The position numbers and the translations under genes were made by a program. 64,000 nucleotides of DNA from positions 32,001-96,000 of the IMG/VR virus record IMGVR_UViG_3300044609_000595. One strand, 5' to 3'. Every line of letters starts with the position of its first letter. Positions within the stretch are counted from its first letter, which is position 1. Below are positions 48,901-57,426 of the stretch, piece after piece. The DNA comes from a virus. The notes beneath the pieces were generated by a model. The model worked only from the letters and a program-made list of their open reading frames with translations, searched no databases and was not told the origin of the DNA.

Positions 48901-50545
48901 TGGCGCTACTTTCAACATTACAATTACAATTGTAGGCGAAATTAGTATTGAATTAGTAAGTGCTGGTACTGGATACAGCGATAATGATGTTTTAACTGTA
49001 ACAGATAATTTACTCGGTGGTGGTGGAGCGCCTGCTCTAACATTCCAAGTAAACGGAGTAAATGCTGCTGGTTCTAATTTCTACTTACCAATCACTGTAC
49101 CAGCTACAACCGATTTTGCAATTGGTGATCTACTGTTAATTGACAGAGGAAATGCTATTTCTCCAGATGCTGTTGGTGATGGTAGTGGTGGTCAAATCAC
49201 TGGATTGAGAAATCAAGCCTACAGTGAAATTGTTCGTGTGGTTGGTTTAACAAACGTTAGCAATCCTTCTGATATAAATGGCTACCGAATTGAAGTTGTT
49301 CGTGCTCAAGAAGGAACTCAAGCAAGAACAGATCACCCAGATGCTTGTGTAATTGCTAAGCTTAATAAGCAAGCAAATGCTAGCTTTATTACTGGATCTG
49401 ATCTTGATGGTAACGGTGTATTAGAATTCCCACCAAATGGTATTACCGCAAATGGTAATAATGTAAACATTGGAGTTGCTGAATTTGGTGGTGTTATTAC
49501 AACCAATGATTTCTTCCGCTTGAGTGATTCAGAAATTGTTAAAGTTGCCCAAGTTGTTAGCACCGAAATTCAATCATTAATTATTACTGATGGTGGTGTA
49601 CCAGAATCCGAAGTATTTAAAGTTGAATCTACAACTGGTAATACTAAGCTACTAGGAAACCTATCTGTTGGTTTTGGATTCAATAAGTTAACGGTAGACG
49701 GAAGCACTGGCAATACTAATATTGCTGGAACTCTTACCTCTAATGGCACTCTAACTCTTCGTGGTTCTACCGTAGTTAATAACCAATTCTTTACTATCAC
49801 AAATGGTGGAGCTACTGGAGTTACTGAAAGAACTACATTCCAAATTGATAGTGCTAATGGCAATCTAACTCTAAATGGTGGTTCGATTAACATCTACGGT
49901 ACAGATGGAACTACTCCAAGACTTACATTCAATAATTCTTCTGGTGATTTTACAACTTATGGTTCGTTCTCTGCTCTTGGCACAGGAACCAGCACATTTG
50001 GCGGAGGAATTCTTGTTCAAGGAGATGCCACTATCAATGGTGGAGATCTAACTGTAAATTCTGGAGGAGCTTTATCATTCAAGGTAAGCAATGATAGATC
50101 AGTTACTTTAGCTGGCATTCCTTACTTCTACAACCAAAATGGTGGTAGAAAGTGGATTTATACCGATGAAAGCGTAATTGATGCTACATCAAATATTAAT
50201 ATCTTTGTTAATGCTCTAAGCAATACCTTAATTAAGCTACCAAGTAATCCTAGAATGGGTGATATGATTAGAATTGTTGATGTTGGAGGAAACCTCAACA
50301 ACATTAATAGCCTTGTCGTTAGAGCACCTGATGGCATTCGTGTACAAGGAACGTTAACAAATACAGCAAGAACTCTTCTTACTGGAGTTGGCTCCTCAAC
50401 TACCTTTATAAATTATAATGGAGGCGAATTAGTTGTTCAAACTCCATTTGCTGGATTTGCCTTGGTTTACCTATCCCAAGCTAATCCCGATGGAACTGCT
50501 GGCGGTCCTTCATCTAAGGTAGGTTGGTATTTAACCGAAGTATAA
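39953..50545 (+). CDS. Giant virion structural / tail-fibre protein (3530 aa)
   Basis: Late promoter; PFKTIQRA N-terminus, repeated CxRDIGYxVDAV helical modules, beta-rich fibre C-terminus. Confidence 0.8.
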   Translation: MALTRLDNLYSSKTGRYLYVSPDDFNATDELDNRGNSPLRPFKTIQRAFIEVARYSYLPGRNNDRFDQFSIMLMPGNHYIDNRPGVVGVTNTEPRYLDGANLIEANRQEIIDRAFAEIAVEYDESLWGTDWVVPGDPINSDLNRGFDSYRLIQKNRLDIIDEAFNTMLAFNPGFEVPNGDAKCKRDIGYFVDAVSLDILLGGSNKYTRKFIQNYFNSTGTAWLSNTLQGEQTQSIQAFNAARDLMNEAVTNQLDYKDLTLTADPLVGSNVNINSCANIRSAITSLTTLVTDRITANSLNGLPAETPGILIGPGQSICQRDIGYIVDAVVADLKTGGNSNSVQAARSYFDRNGDPIANGLIGEESQSIIAFDAAKVMMKKAVTNQLYSKDLTLLEGPSIANASTEIQPILPSGNELSCVDVQNSIETLIAIITSVIADGNLTSLADIQITGDIPVFNYNQALEEWNDNSILDLSNPDNVLYKFNAATGGAIVPRGCSLIGYDLRRTIVRPLYVPDPADGTQARTSIFNLTGGCYIWQFTIKDGDLSANSPLFDETNGVGKVYFQKGNTVNLAIPEYSHHKITIMTYADSDDLTDYYTKIGRAFAKFQPSIDNAGEFDALVQENRIVGPLSDTRRIDSIQVFDSSPAGTLTLRVTTKIDHGYFVDQYVAILNTGLDEAINGTVKVTAIDNSNPRVFEYEINATTAALGLVSGQIYTAASGLSTNAVSQAEIDSVESASPYVFNCSIRSTWGICGMWADGSKATGFKSMVVAQYTGVSLQRDDRAFIRYDRFTNTWNQASLTDAFATVAYHTKGDAYWKDDWRNFHIRASDDSFIQCVSVFAVGFFDHFLMESGGDMSITNSNSNFGNTSLHAVGFKGFSFNQDKGGYITDIIPPRTINSSPSNEEKIQYYTLDIQASNAQNNHTRLYIGSDDATDPADRPAATVSGYRIGARSNEKLYVKLDDGTYNVTLEPNGFVSYKASLETLNPAGIQIDNVAQDAANRIEDNKTLIQNEAYNYIIAKYPYLLTRQSITIAKCERDIGYFVDAVVQDLRLGGNVNTIQAAEGYYVGGSLAYINSELDETIEALDYVKNMCIAAMRNFDVLIRNCETEAGSAIVNVGDTTGLLVGMSVAEYNPSAFVNNKLTSGISPITSNIPTNTYIKRILDDQRIELGESSSKLTAGNTIDAQQSSSTAYLYFDYQFGAWSSLQPTKDDSLIQDTNYPECADIATTISQYFSDIFVVINQGLTPLGGREIDAHNLILANKELIAEVAVDRMLTNYPGFVIPNGNQNCVDDIIDVMEAIAFNVKYGGNNKVYEAGEIYISGQHVEGEEDQAVYAFLQAKDIAIQVMRNEPVTITGSTRTQFIDSTIVVDPQSPTCANIASAITNLTSIITQSIGTSTVSGSLVGITKSIPTITSVNKIEPIIDFNGLSKRATLFTINTGEATSNPHQFETGTPVKLIPKAKEGTNPDKRVIRLPKGFSTNTKYYVIAPGRFTQPEDYSGTTYFDGSDQTKLMLAATKENAAAGIFIYSPETDSVDPDVEIEVQRYILDNTYDLHKYRCNVAGAGEIETDVAHIFDLPSNSVTPQLVFFRVANDILGSDLPEIAGAGTINTQTYYYARFISPKKFSIHTTFADAIAGVNAVSFVPGSGQNFYVFANKRTSPLRFEAAPRDEDGLLLNTSGLWYLQVKDETSSNPNTESILYRFKDIAAYGPGSGKIRTLDTWFTRLQDTRGKEDRVYRLRYVIPKYLETVRDPLNGFVIKVRTDDKRRLVPQKFVLKPIGGAPSVARFDNPEQIGERIGYTKTELLEDYGIANPTYDPYLAPKVIGSERTQSKIAFTIQSARKIEDESTEYLEITAFDHAITNEGLKNEIFSVVEINFPQGGTFSVNNVGAGLSNLVTWNGFSSGSGYIQGYFEENNNYYLVIKNITGQIKYSSIVSTRFTQGDVFADLMAKPNSMGDPNGKDKSDRRDYLYRIEGANVYTLVPGDIITDDANNQYRIENVRDAGNLEDSFYIFDIDTIQERIAGQQDGIYYLTCLRGNISPFPTGAGVGTNFRNFKFSQPISQLYPQNYKNDPTWFKQVNSVYNDPPASIAAADNYIHGLVTINDAKNSETKELVQDLILQPALTNFTFVKAESLSSATLNPVGGSNIIEAQEGNATSGSEDRYIPIAGDSDFPTEGKLYVELRRPSIARSGNHTFEYLGFGPGNYSTGFPLRQEVVLADVQDFYAQSKREDGGIVFYTGLNSNGDLYIGNRKVNAITGEETFLERAVLEESADDGGDDLGGLVTTFDTPVTFNDRITVEGNANFNNPVEISVAANEGTPLRIFSVVNADLGDDITLGRAQFPQSNDGDITLGKNRINAAVYGITPRQVLGLDGQAYSIRTHFVNGLGPSNTTPDQNATFSSLQAVSYSSTQNPKPGDILLKGSEVGRSGSLGWIYANYYAEIADASIQTIVSDGIRMTIEWAPGITNADVNVIAGAQLRITNFGTNPNLNGIWTVLSNGFSSSGTSCQIQIIITPAVGVLYTWSTVPGAKMEVARSNWKETGLLGAEALRTETETWGDYKLGINTLSRASDLAYLNGFVQTQTQPRANLDVVGDAFISGTNTAITVTNTGNQVKTTTKLDNAFLVGGNSASPNQAATLRVATIDIPSGSRATTTYRDGGRFGINTTINTNASTDLDRNLVVVGDGRITGNLLIQDDISVNGGDINTTNNVFNFVNNNATILNIAGSGEIFSIGNNAAGSQNVNIGNNASSQVIEIGGNATITRLGIHKNSLDASVDIASVNDNAANKANIVIGGAWGNLNSQTTIGTFQTKVAGQLEIGTKYAPGTSTARLFTQARTVNLFDGDQTTTVNFGPNATKMSIGSVGGNTYIRNTLNVDASTILNSELRLSGGLKSGIIQIQRGRFSTTPAAHVVGSLENPNIDFYRYETLGRKIDTAGETLWGGPAFLIAGGQIAGIDTIGAVSPSRLPGTYTFIAPTGGTGTGATFNITITIVGEISIELVSAGTGYSDNDVLTVTDNLLGGGGAPALTFQVNGVNAAGSNFYLPITVPATTDFAIGDLLLIDRGNAISPDAVGDGSGGQITGLRNQAYSEIVRVVGLTNVSNPSDINGYRIEVVRAQEGTQARTDHPDACVIAKLNKQANASFITGSDLDGNGVLEFPPNGITANGNNVNIGVAEFGGVITTNDFFRLSDSEIVKVAQVVSTEIQSLIITDGGVPESEVFKVESTTGNTKLLGNLSVGFGFNKLTVDGSTGNTNIAGTLTSNGTLTLRGSTVVNNQFFTITNGGATGVTERTTFQIDSANGNLTLNGGSINIYGTDGTTPRLTFNNSSGDFTTYGSFSALGTGTSTFGGGILVQGDATINGGDLTVNSGGALSFKVSNDRSVTLAGIPYFYNQNGGRKWIYTDESVIDATSNINIFVNALSNTLIKLPSNPRMGDMIRIVDVGGNLNNINSLVVRAPDGIRVQGTLTNTARTLLTGVGSSTTFINYNGGELVVQTPFAGFALVYLSQANPDGTAGGPSSKVGWYLTEV

Positions 50546-50546
50546 T

Positions 50547-51794
50547 ATGGCTTTTTATCAGCAAACAAGAACAGCTAAAGCTGCCGCTATTGGCACAATC
50601 ATGCCCTGGACTGGGGGTGTATCAAACATCCCCAAAGGCTGGATTCTTTGTGATGGAACACCAATAACGGCAGCAAGTTATCCCCTTTTGGCTAGAGCAA
50701 TTGGGGATACTTATAATAATGGTCCATCATCATTTGCAGGTAGTTTTCCAAATTATGCTGGCAATATAGTTCTTCCTAATTTAACTAATAAAACCCTTAT
50801 TGATATTGAAACTTCTTATTTTGGGGCTGGAGGAACTGGAGAAACACAAGATTTAGATTCAAAAGCAGCCACTGCTGTCACACCTCTCATTGGAGCCAAT
50901 ACAGACAATGGAGTAAAAACAATTTATAATGATATTACTACTGATGTAGTTTTTACTCTTAATGACAGATCAGGATATTCTGGAAGAGCTTCTGGCAATA
51001 CAATTGGTGGTGGCGAAGGAGTAAGTAAAACTGTGTATATTAGCCCAAGAAAATTGGGAAGAGATCATATTAAACCACACAATCATCCTGGAAGATATGA
51101 ATCTCTTAGTTATACTAACCCACAACGACCTGGAGCAGGAGTAATTCCTTACTCTTCATTCACATATCAATTTTATTCTTACATTGATTATGATGATGGA
51201 GATATTTTATATGGTGGCTCTTCTGACACTGAAACTGGAGTTTCGATTACTTTTGAAGGTCCTAATGCTAGAGGTGATGTCAATGGGTTTGGAAATGGAA
51301 GCCCTGGAAGAGTTGTTGCTGGGATCAATGCAGAAAATCCTCCAATCAATTACACTCCATTTAATGTTAAATTAAGTCCACTGCAAACGTTCATGACCAA
51401 CCCTGCAGTTGATCAATCTACTCCTATACCATATGGTTTGCAAGGAGTTAATCTTAATTTACCTGCTGGATCCAGAAATTATTATCCAGATATTACAAAT
51501 TCTATAACACAAGCTAATACATTTGATACACTAACAACTCCAGCAGCGTATGATTTTAATCAAATTACTCAAAGTCCTGGAACATCTGATGTAATAGTGC
51601 CACACATTCATGATGAATTTGACGTAGAATTTGTCAGGGGAACTTTAAGACCAAATAGTACTATTACTGTTAATGTAGAGGCACCTAATGCTAATCTAAG
51701 TTTAGATAATCAATCTAATCAAGCTGCTTTGCAAATTAACTTTAATACGTCGCAGCCAGGATTAACATGTATATACATCATTAGAGCATACTAA
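50547..51794 (+). CDS. Tail-collar domain short tail fibre / baseplate protein
   Basis: IGTIMPW...PKGWILCDG...YPLLARAIGDTY; C-terminal YIIRAY. Confidence 0.82.
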   Translation: MAFYQQTRTAKAAAIGTIMPWTGGVSNIPKGWILCDGTPITAASYPLLARAIGDTYNNGPSSFAGSFPNYAGNIVLPNLTNKTLIDIETSYFGAGGTGETQDLDSKAATAVTPLIGANTDNGVKTIYNDITTDVVFTLNDRSGYSGRASGNTIGGGEGVSKTVYISPRKLGRDHIKPHNHPGRYESLSYTNPQRPGAGVIPYSSFTYQFYSYIDYDDGDILYGGSSDTETGVSITFEGPNARGDVNGFGNGSPGRVVAGINAENPPINYTPFNVKLSPLQTFMTNPAVDQSTPIPYGLQGVNLNLPAGSRNYYPDITNSITQANTFDTLTTPAAYDFNQITQSPGTSDVIVPHIHDEFDVEFVRGTLRPNSTITVNVEAPNANLSLDNQSNQAALQINFNTSQPGLTCIYIIRAY

Positions 51795-51795
51795 A

Positions 51796-52680
51796 ATGGC
51801 AAATTACGCTAGAGAAAGATCTAAATTTGGTGGTTATGTTGGATCTATACAAATCCACACTAGTGCTGGATTAGGATCTGACCCATCTTCTGCTGTATTT
51901 AATGATATTTTGCCAGCTGGATTTTTGCGATGCAATGGAAGTATTTTAGAAGCACGAGATTACTTATCGTTATCACAAATTCTTGGTGTTGGTGATGCAT
52001 CAAGATTTGCTAAAGAAGGAGCACTACTCAGAAATGCAGATCCAACTACAGGAGATTTGGGAACATTTCAATTACCTGATTTAGGATCTAAAGTTATTAT
52101 TCCTAGTAGAGGATCTGGAGATTATGTTAATGATGTGGTAGATTCTACGGGAGAACCCAGAGTTGGACCAGAAATATCTGCTTTTAGTAATGTTGGAAAT
52201 AGGATTGAAATAGGTTACATTGGAAATTTTAGGGGCCAGGCTCAAACAAATATTGATTTAAATTCTAACTCTACTTATGACATGCCAAGAAGCACTGTTT
52301 CTGCAGCATTAGATATTAACAATTTTCAAGGTCATGCACATAATTCCACAGCAACTTATTTAAATTATACTACAAATCATGCTGCTGGAGAACCAGCGGG
52401 AGCTGTCGGGTCTGGTAAAGATAATGGAGAACTCACTGGTAATAGTGGAGCGGGAATGTATCTTGATCTTACTCAACCAAATACTTCAGCTGAATCATTG
52501 CATTCTCATAGATTAAGTAAACCAGCTATTTACACACACAATTTTAGATATTCTTTTGGAAATTTTGATATCCCAGCAGATCAAGTATCATCATATGTTG
52601 ATGTTGATTTTACCAGAGATAGAAAATTAGACACTACAGTTTCTCCATTTATTTTAGTGGAATATATTATTAAGTATTAA
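51796..52680 (+). CDS. Tail-collar domain protein
   Basis: PAGFLRCNGS, FQLPDLGSK, HxH motifs, PFILVEYIIKY. Confidence 0.8.
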   Translation: MANYARERSKFGGYVGSIQIHTSAGLGSDPSSAVFNDILPAGFLRCNGSILEARDYLSLSQILGVGDASRFAKEGALLRNADPTTGDLGTFQLPDLGSKVIIPSRGSGDYVNDVVDSTGEPRVGPEISAFSNVGNRIEIGYIGNFRGQAQTNIDLNSNSTYDMPRSTVSAALDINNFQGHAHNSTATYLNYTTNHAAGEPAGAVGSGKDNGELTGNSGAGMYLDLTQPNTSAESLHSHRLSKPAIYTHNFRYSFGNFDIPADQVSSYVDVDFTRDRKLDTTVSPFILVEYIIKY

Positions 52681-52682
52681 TC

Positions 52683-54056
52683 ATGGCAATTATCTGGAAT
52701 ACTAGGGATAATTCTGGCGGGTTTGGCGGATATACTAATGGTGCTTGGAGTTCTTTTATGAACACCTATGCCGTTAGATTTACTTCCGCATCTTCTGGTA
52801 CTGGTAGTGCTTTTAATGGTAGTACATTTAATAGAAGTTATTCTGTTTATTTTCCCAATTCAGGAAATTACACAATTACAGCTGCAGCAGATGATAACGG
52901 CAGTTTAAATGTAGGTGGTGTAAATTGTTCTGTAGCTGGGTTCAGTGGATCTTCATCTACTACTAGATTTTATAATAGAGGAACATACACTGTTTCGTTA
53001 TCTGTTTACAATCAATCAAACGGAAATGATTTTTCATCGAATCCATATGGAATTGCAGTTACTATTGATGCTCCACCAGTTCCTCCACCGCCATCAGTAA
53101 CATTTTCAGTAAGCCCAAATTCTATATGTAATGGAAGCACTGCAACTCTTTCTTGGTCAGTTTCTGGAATAGTTGATAGTGTGAGCATTAATAATGGTAT
53201 TGGGTCTGTAGCAACATCAGGATCTAGACTTGTTGCTCCTTCTAGCAATACAACTTATACTTTAACTGCATCTGGCGAAGGTGGAACTAATTCGCAATCG
53301 ATAAATTTACAGATAAAACAGCCAACTCAAACTAGCATAACAGTAGATGATCCTACTATTATTAGAGGTGAAACAACCACATTGAGGTGGGTAACGACAG
53401 GAGAATCTACATCAGCAACTATTTCTCCTGGCATTGGATCAGTGAATATAAATGGTTTAGCTAACATTTCTCCAACAGAAACAGTAACATATCAAATTTA
53501 TGCTACTGGAGTTTGTACTGATGATTCCGATACAGTGACTGTAACTGTTTATCAGCCACCGACTGCTAGTTTAAGTGGACCAGAATCTCTCGATTATGGT
53601 CAGCAAGGAACTTTAATATATGAAGCAACTTATGCAGACTCAAATCTAGAAATTCAGCCAGTTTATAATTATAAAACAGGATCTGTAAATGGCACTATTA
53701 TCACACTACCAACAGGAGCTAGTTCATCAGGAACTGTAGATACTGAAATACCATATAATGATAATGGACCATTTTCGGTCGAATATACTATAATTGCAAT
53801 GGGCAATGGAGGACAAGAATCTGATAATATTTTAATACCTATAAATGTTGACGAAACTCCAGAAAATTTTTTAGTTCCCGAATCAGAAGAATTATTTAAA
53901 GATCAGGAACCAATTTATACACCTGATGCCACAATAACATCATATGAAATTTTGGTAAATAATATAGATGTTCCTGTAGAAATTAAATCAAATAGACCCA
54001 TACAGGTTGAAATTAATGATGACCAAGTTTGGAATTCAATTAGACCCATAGAATAA
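52683..54056 (+). CDS. Virion protein with Ig-like repeats (paralogue 1)
   Basis: ADDNG N-terminal domain (PA14-like), Ig-like repeats, shared C-terminus DETPENFLVPE...VEIK. Confidence 0.7.
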   Translation: MAIIWNTRDNSGGFGGYTNGAWSSFMNTYAVRFTSASSGTGSAFNGSTFNRSYSVYFPNSGNYTITAAADDNGSLNVGGVNCSVAGFSGSSSTTRFYNRGTYTVSLSVYNQSNGNDFSSNPYGIAVTIDAPPVPPPPSVTFSVSPNSICNGSTATLSWSVSGIVDSVSINNGIGSVATSGSRLVAPSSNTTYTLTASGEGGTNSQSINLQIKQPTQTSITVDDPTIIRGETTTLRWVTTGESTSATISPGIGSVNINGLANISPTETVTYQIYATGVCTDDSDTVTVTVYQPPTASLSGPESLDYGQQGTLIYEATYADSNLEIQPVYNYKTGSVNGTIITLPTGASSSGTVDTEIPYNDNGPFSVEYTIIAMGNGGQESDNILIPINVDETPENFLVPESEELFKDQEPIYTPDATITSYEILVNNIDVPVEIKSNRPIQVEINDDQVWNSIRPIE

Positions 54057-55723
54057 TGCCGATTAACATAGTTGCAAATTCATCTCAAAGTGTATCAATA
54101 CCCGAAGACGCTGCTAACGTCAACATTAAGCTATTTGGGGGTAGTGGTGGAGGAGAATTTGTTGATCAATATACTCTTGTTTCTACCGCTGGAACCAGTG
54201 GAGGAATAACATCGTTTATTGGATTAAATGCTAATGGTGGTCAAGGAGGAGGAATTGGTGGCAAAAATCAAGGTGGTAATGGAGGTTCGGCAAATCAAAC
54301 TGTAAATTGGAGTTCTTTGGGAGCTTCTGTTAGCACTGTGAATGGTTCTTCTGGACAATTATCTGCTGGAGGTACTGGCGGAACCATACCTGGATATTCT
54401 TCGATCAATGGTGGCAATGGCACTCCACTTCAGGTTAGTTACACTTCTAATGTTTATCATGTTTTTAACGATGATACAGATACACATATAGTTACCCAAA
54501 GTAGTCCAGATATTATTGTTGGTTTTGAATCACAATATGCTCCAGGTGCCCCCTGCAATACTAGTCTTGCTTACAAACATTATAGTGTCAATTTTGTTGC
54601 TCCATATGATGACGCAAATTATTCGATCAATATTTTTAGTGTTTGTCAACAAGCTGCAGCGGGTGGTACAGCAGGACCTTTTTATGTTTATGGTATAGAT
54701 TACAAAACTAGATTTGGGTTTAGAATTTGGTTTTGTAGAGCAGGAAATAATAGTTATGTTAGGTGTTTTTCCTTTACCACTACTGGCAATAGAACTCCGT
54801 TGGTTGGTAGAGGCGGTGGTGGTTCTGGATTTATTGAAGCAAATATAAGTAGAGCACAACTTATTGAAAGTAGCATATATCGTCCTGGCACTTCACATCA
54901 ATTAACTATTGGTGGTGCGGGATCGAGAGGTGGCACAACTGCAGAAAATGGATCGAGTGGAAGAGCATTTTTGACTATCGTTTTAGAGCCAAGAATATCT
55001 GTGTCTTTGGATGATACAACGATAATTCGTGGAGAGTGTACGACCTTACGATGGTCTGTTACAGGTGATGTTAGTCAGGTATCTATATCTCCTGGTATAG
55101 GCACAGTAAATATTAGTGGAACCAGGCAAGTATGTCCAACAGAAACTGTAACATATATTGTTACTGCTACTGGAATGGGTGGTACTGACGTAAAACAGGT
55201 AACATTAACCGTCTATCAACCACCAACAGTTAACTTATCTGGACCAGAATCTCTTAATTATGGTCAGCAAGGAACTTTGGTTTATGAATCTACTGACGTA
55301 GATGTTAGTTTTGTATTAGAACCAACGTATACCTACAGAAATGGTTCTACTGGAGGAGCAATGTTTAATACTAATTTACCGTTGGGTGCTATTTCAAACG
55401 GAACAATAACCACAAATATACCATATAATGATTATGGTCCCACTAGCGTAACATATACTTTGACTGGTACTGGAAATGGCGGTCAAGAAACAAAACAAAT
55501 AACAGTACCAATTATTATTGATGAAACACCAGAAAACTTTTTAGTTCCCGAAACTGATGATGCATTTAAATCTCAAGAACCTATCTACAGTCCAAATTCA
55601 GATGTAACATCTTATGAAATTATAGTTGATGGTGTAGATATTCCTGTGGAAATTAAAGCTGATAAACCAATATTGGTTGAAATTAATAATGACGATACTT
55701 GGGATCAAATCAGGAGTATATAA
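54056..55723 (+). CDS. Virion protein with glycine-rich and Ig-like domains (paralogue 2)
   Basis: Gly-rich N-terminus with an inserted beta domain; shared C-terminus. Confidence 0.7.
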   Translation: MPINIVANSSQSVSIPEDAANVNIKLFGGSGGGEFVDQYTLVSTAGTSGGITSFIGLNANGGQGGGIGGKNQGGNGGSANQTVNWSSLGASVSTVNGSSGQLSAGGTGGTIPGYSSINGGNGTPLQVSYTSNVYHVFNDDTDTHIVTQSSPDIIVGFESQYAPGAPCNTSLAYKHYSVNFVAPYDDANYSINIFSVCQQAAAGGTAGPFYVYGIDYKTRFGFRIWFCRAGNNSYVRCFSFTTTGNRTPLVGRGGGGSGFIEANISRAQLIESSIYRPGTSHQLTIGGAGSRGGTTAENGSSGRAFLTIVLEPRISVSLDDTTIIRGECTTLRWSVTGDVSQVSISPGIGTVNISGTRQVCPTETVTYIVTATGMGGTDVKQVTLTVYQPPTVNLSGPESLNYGQQGTLVYESTDVDVSFVLEPTYTYRNGSTGGAMFNTNLPLGAISNGTITTNIPYNDYGPTSVTYTLTGTGNGGQETKQITVPIIIDETPENFLVPETDDAFKSQEPIYSPNSDVTSYEIIVDGVDIPVEIKADKPILVEINNDDTWDQIRSI

Positions 55724-55725
55724 CA

Positions 55726-57426
55726 ATGGCAACGTTTAGTCAGACATATACTAGTAATACATCTGTAACTATACCAGCGTTTTCTCAAGACATTACTTTG
55801 GTTGTTGTTGGAGCCAGTGGAGGAAGTGGAGGTTATGATGCTGGTTCTCCTGGAGGTTCTAGTGGACCTGGCAGATATGGTGTATTTACTTTACCAAATT
55901 CTATAGGTAGAACTCTTACTTTTAGTATGGGCGGACAAGGTTCCAATGGAGTAAGTAGTCAAAGTAGTGCTCCAGGGGGAAGTGGTGGCAGTGGAGTTGC
56001 TTCTGGTGGAACAGGTGGTCGTGCTGGTCCTAGTGGATCATCTGGTGGCGGTGGTGGCGGTGGTGGTGCCACTGGTGTTTATGATAGTTATTCCAATTCT
56101 TGGATCATTGTTGCTGGCGGCGGTGGCGGCGGCGGTGGAGCTGCATATCCAAGCGTTCCTGGCATAGACGGTGGAGCTGGTCTTGGATGGGGAGGCTCTG
56201 GTGGAACTGTCCCCACAATTAGTAGTGGAGGATCTGGTGGGAATTGTCCTACTGATGGATCTGGTGGTGGCGGCGGTGGTGGTGGAGCCAGTGGTGGTGG
56301 TGGTGGAAACAATGGTTATGATGCTGGTTCTGGTAATGTAAGAGCTGGTGGTGGCGGTGGCGGTGGGTCTGGATATAGATCTGCGTATTGCACATGGACT
56401 GGAGGAACCGCAACATATTTTGGTAGTGGATATGTTACCCTCAGTTATACATTATCTCCTCCAACTATTTCTTTTTCTGTATCTCCTACTTCAATTATTA
56501 GAGGCCAAACTGCTACATTATCTTGGAATGTCACTGGAAATATTGATAGTATTAGTATTAATCAAGGTATTGGTGCGGTAAATTCTTCTGGAACGTTAAC
56601 AGTATCTCCACAAAATACAACTTTATATACTATAACTGCTACTGGTCCTGGAGGAACAGTATCTTCAACAGCTAATCTAACAGTTTATATTCCACCACAA
56701 ACGACACTATCTTTAGATGATTCTTCTATAATTAGGGGAGAATGTACAACATTAAGGTGGGTCACTACTGGCGATGCTACTTCAGCAACTATAAATCCAG
56801 CAATTGGACCAGTTAATATTAATGGATTAAGGCAAGTGTGTCCCACCGAAACTATAACCTACGATATTTTTGTTACTGGTACTGGAGGTACAGATTCTGA
56901 CAGTATAACTTTAACAGTTTATCAACCACCAACAGTTAATTTGTCTGGTCCAGAATCTTTAAATTATGGTCAACAAGGAACTTTAACATATGAAGCAACT
57001 TATGTAGATATATCATTAGTAATAACACCAACATACACATTTAGGGGGTCTACCGTAACTGGAACTTCAGTAAATTTATCCACAGGAGATTCAGTAAATA
57101 GTACGATTCAAACTCAAATACCCTATGGAGATACTGGACCATTTTCTGTAACTTATACCATAGTTGCTACAGGAAATGGTGGTCAAGAAACAAAACAAAT
57201 TATTATTCCCATAAATATTGATGAAACACCAGAAAATTTTTTAGTACCCGAGTCGGAAGAATTATACAAAGATCAAAATCCAATTTATACTCCAGATACA
57301 ATTCTAACTAATTACAAAATATTAATTGGGGGAGTTGACATTCCTGTTGAAATCAAAGCAGATAAACCGATTTTGGTAGATTTAAATGAACAAGATGCTT
57401 GGGAACAAATAAGGAGAATAGAATAG
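55726..57426 (+). CDS. Virion protein with glycine-rich and Ig-like domains (paralogue 3)
   Basis: Poly-Gly domain (IIVAGGGGGGG); shared C-terminus; ATG at 55726. Confidence 0.7.
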   Translation: MATFSQTYTSNTSVTIPAFSQDITLVVVGASGGSGGYDAGSPGGSSGPGRYGVFTLPNSIGRTLTFSMGGQGSNGVSSQSSAPGGSGGSGVASGGTGGRAGPSGSSGGGGGGGGATGVYDSYSNSWIIVAGGGGGGGGAAYPSVPGIDGGAGLGWGGSGGTVPTISSGGSGGNCPTDGSGGGGGGGGASGGGGGNNGYDAGSGNVRAGGGGGGGSGYRSAYCTWTGGTATYFGSGYVTLSYTLSPPTISFSVSPTSIIRGQTATLSWNVTGNIDSISINQGIGAVNSSGTLTVSPQNTTLYTITATGPGGTVSSTANLTVYIPPQTTLSLDDSSIIRGECTTLRWVTTGDATSATINPAIGPVNINGLRQVCPTETITYDIFVTGTGGTDSDSITLTVYQPPTVNLSGPESLNYGQQGTLTYEATYVDISLVITPTYTFRGSTVTGTSVNLSTGDSVNSTIQTQIPYGDTGPFSVTYTIVATGNGGQETKQIIIPINIDETPENFLVPESEELYKDQNPIYTPDTILTNYKILIGGVDIPVEIKADKPILVDLNEQDAWEQIRRIE

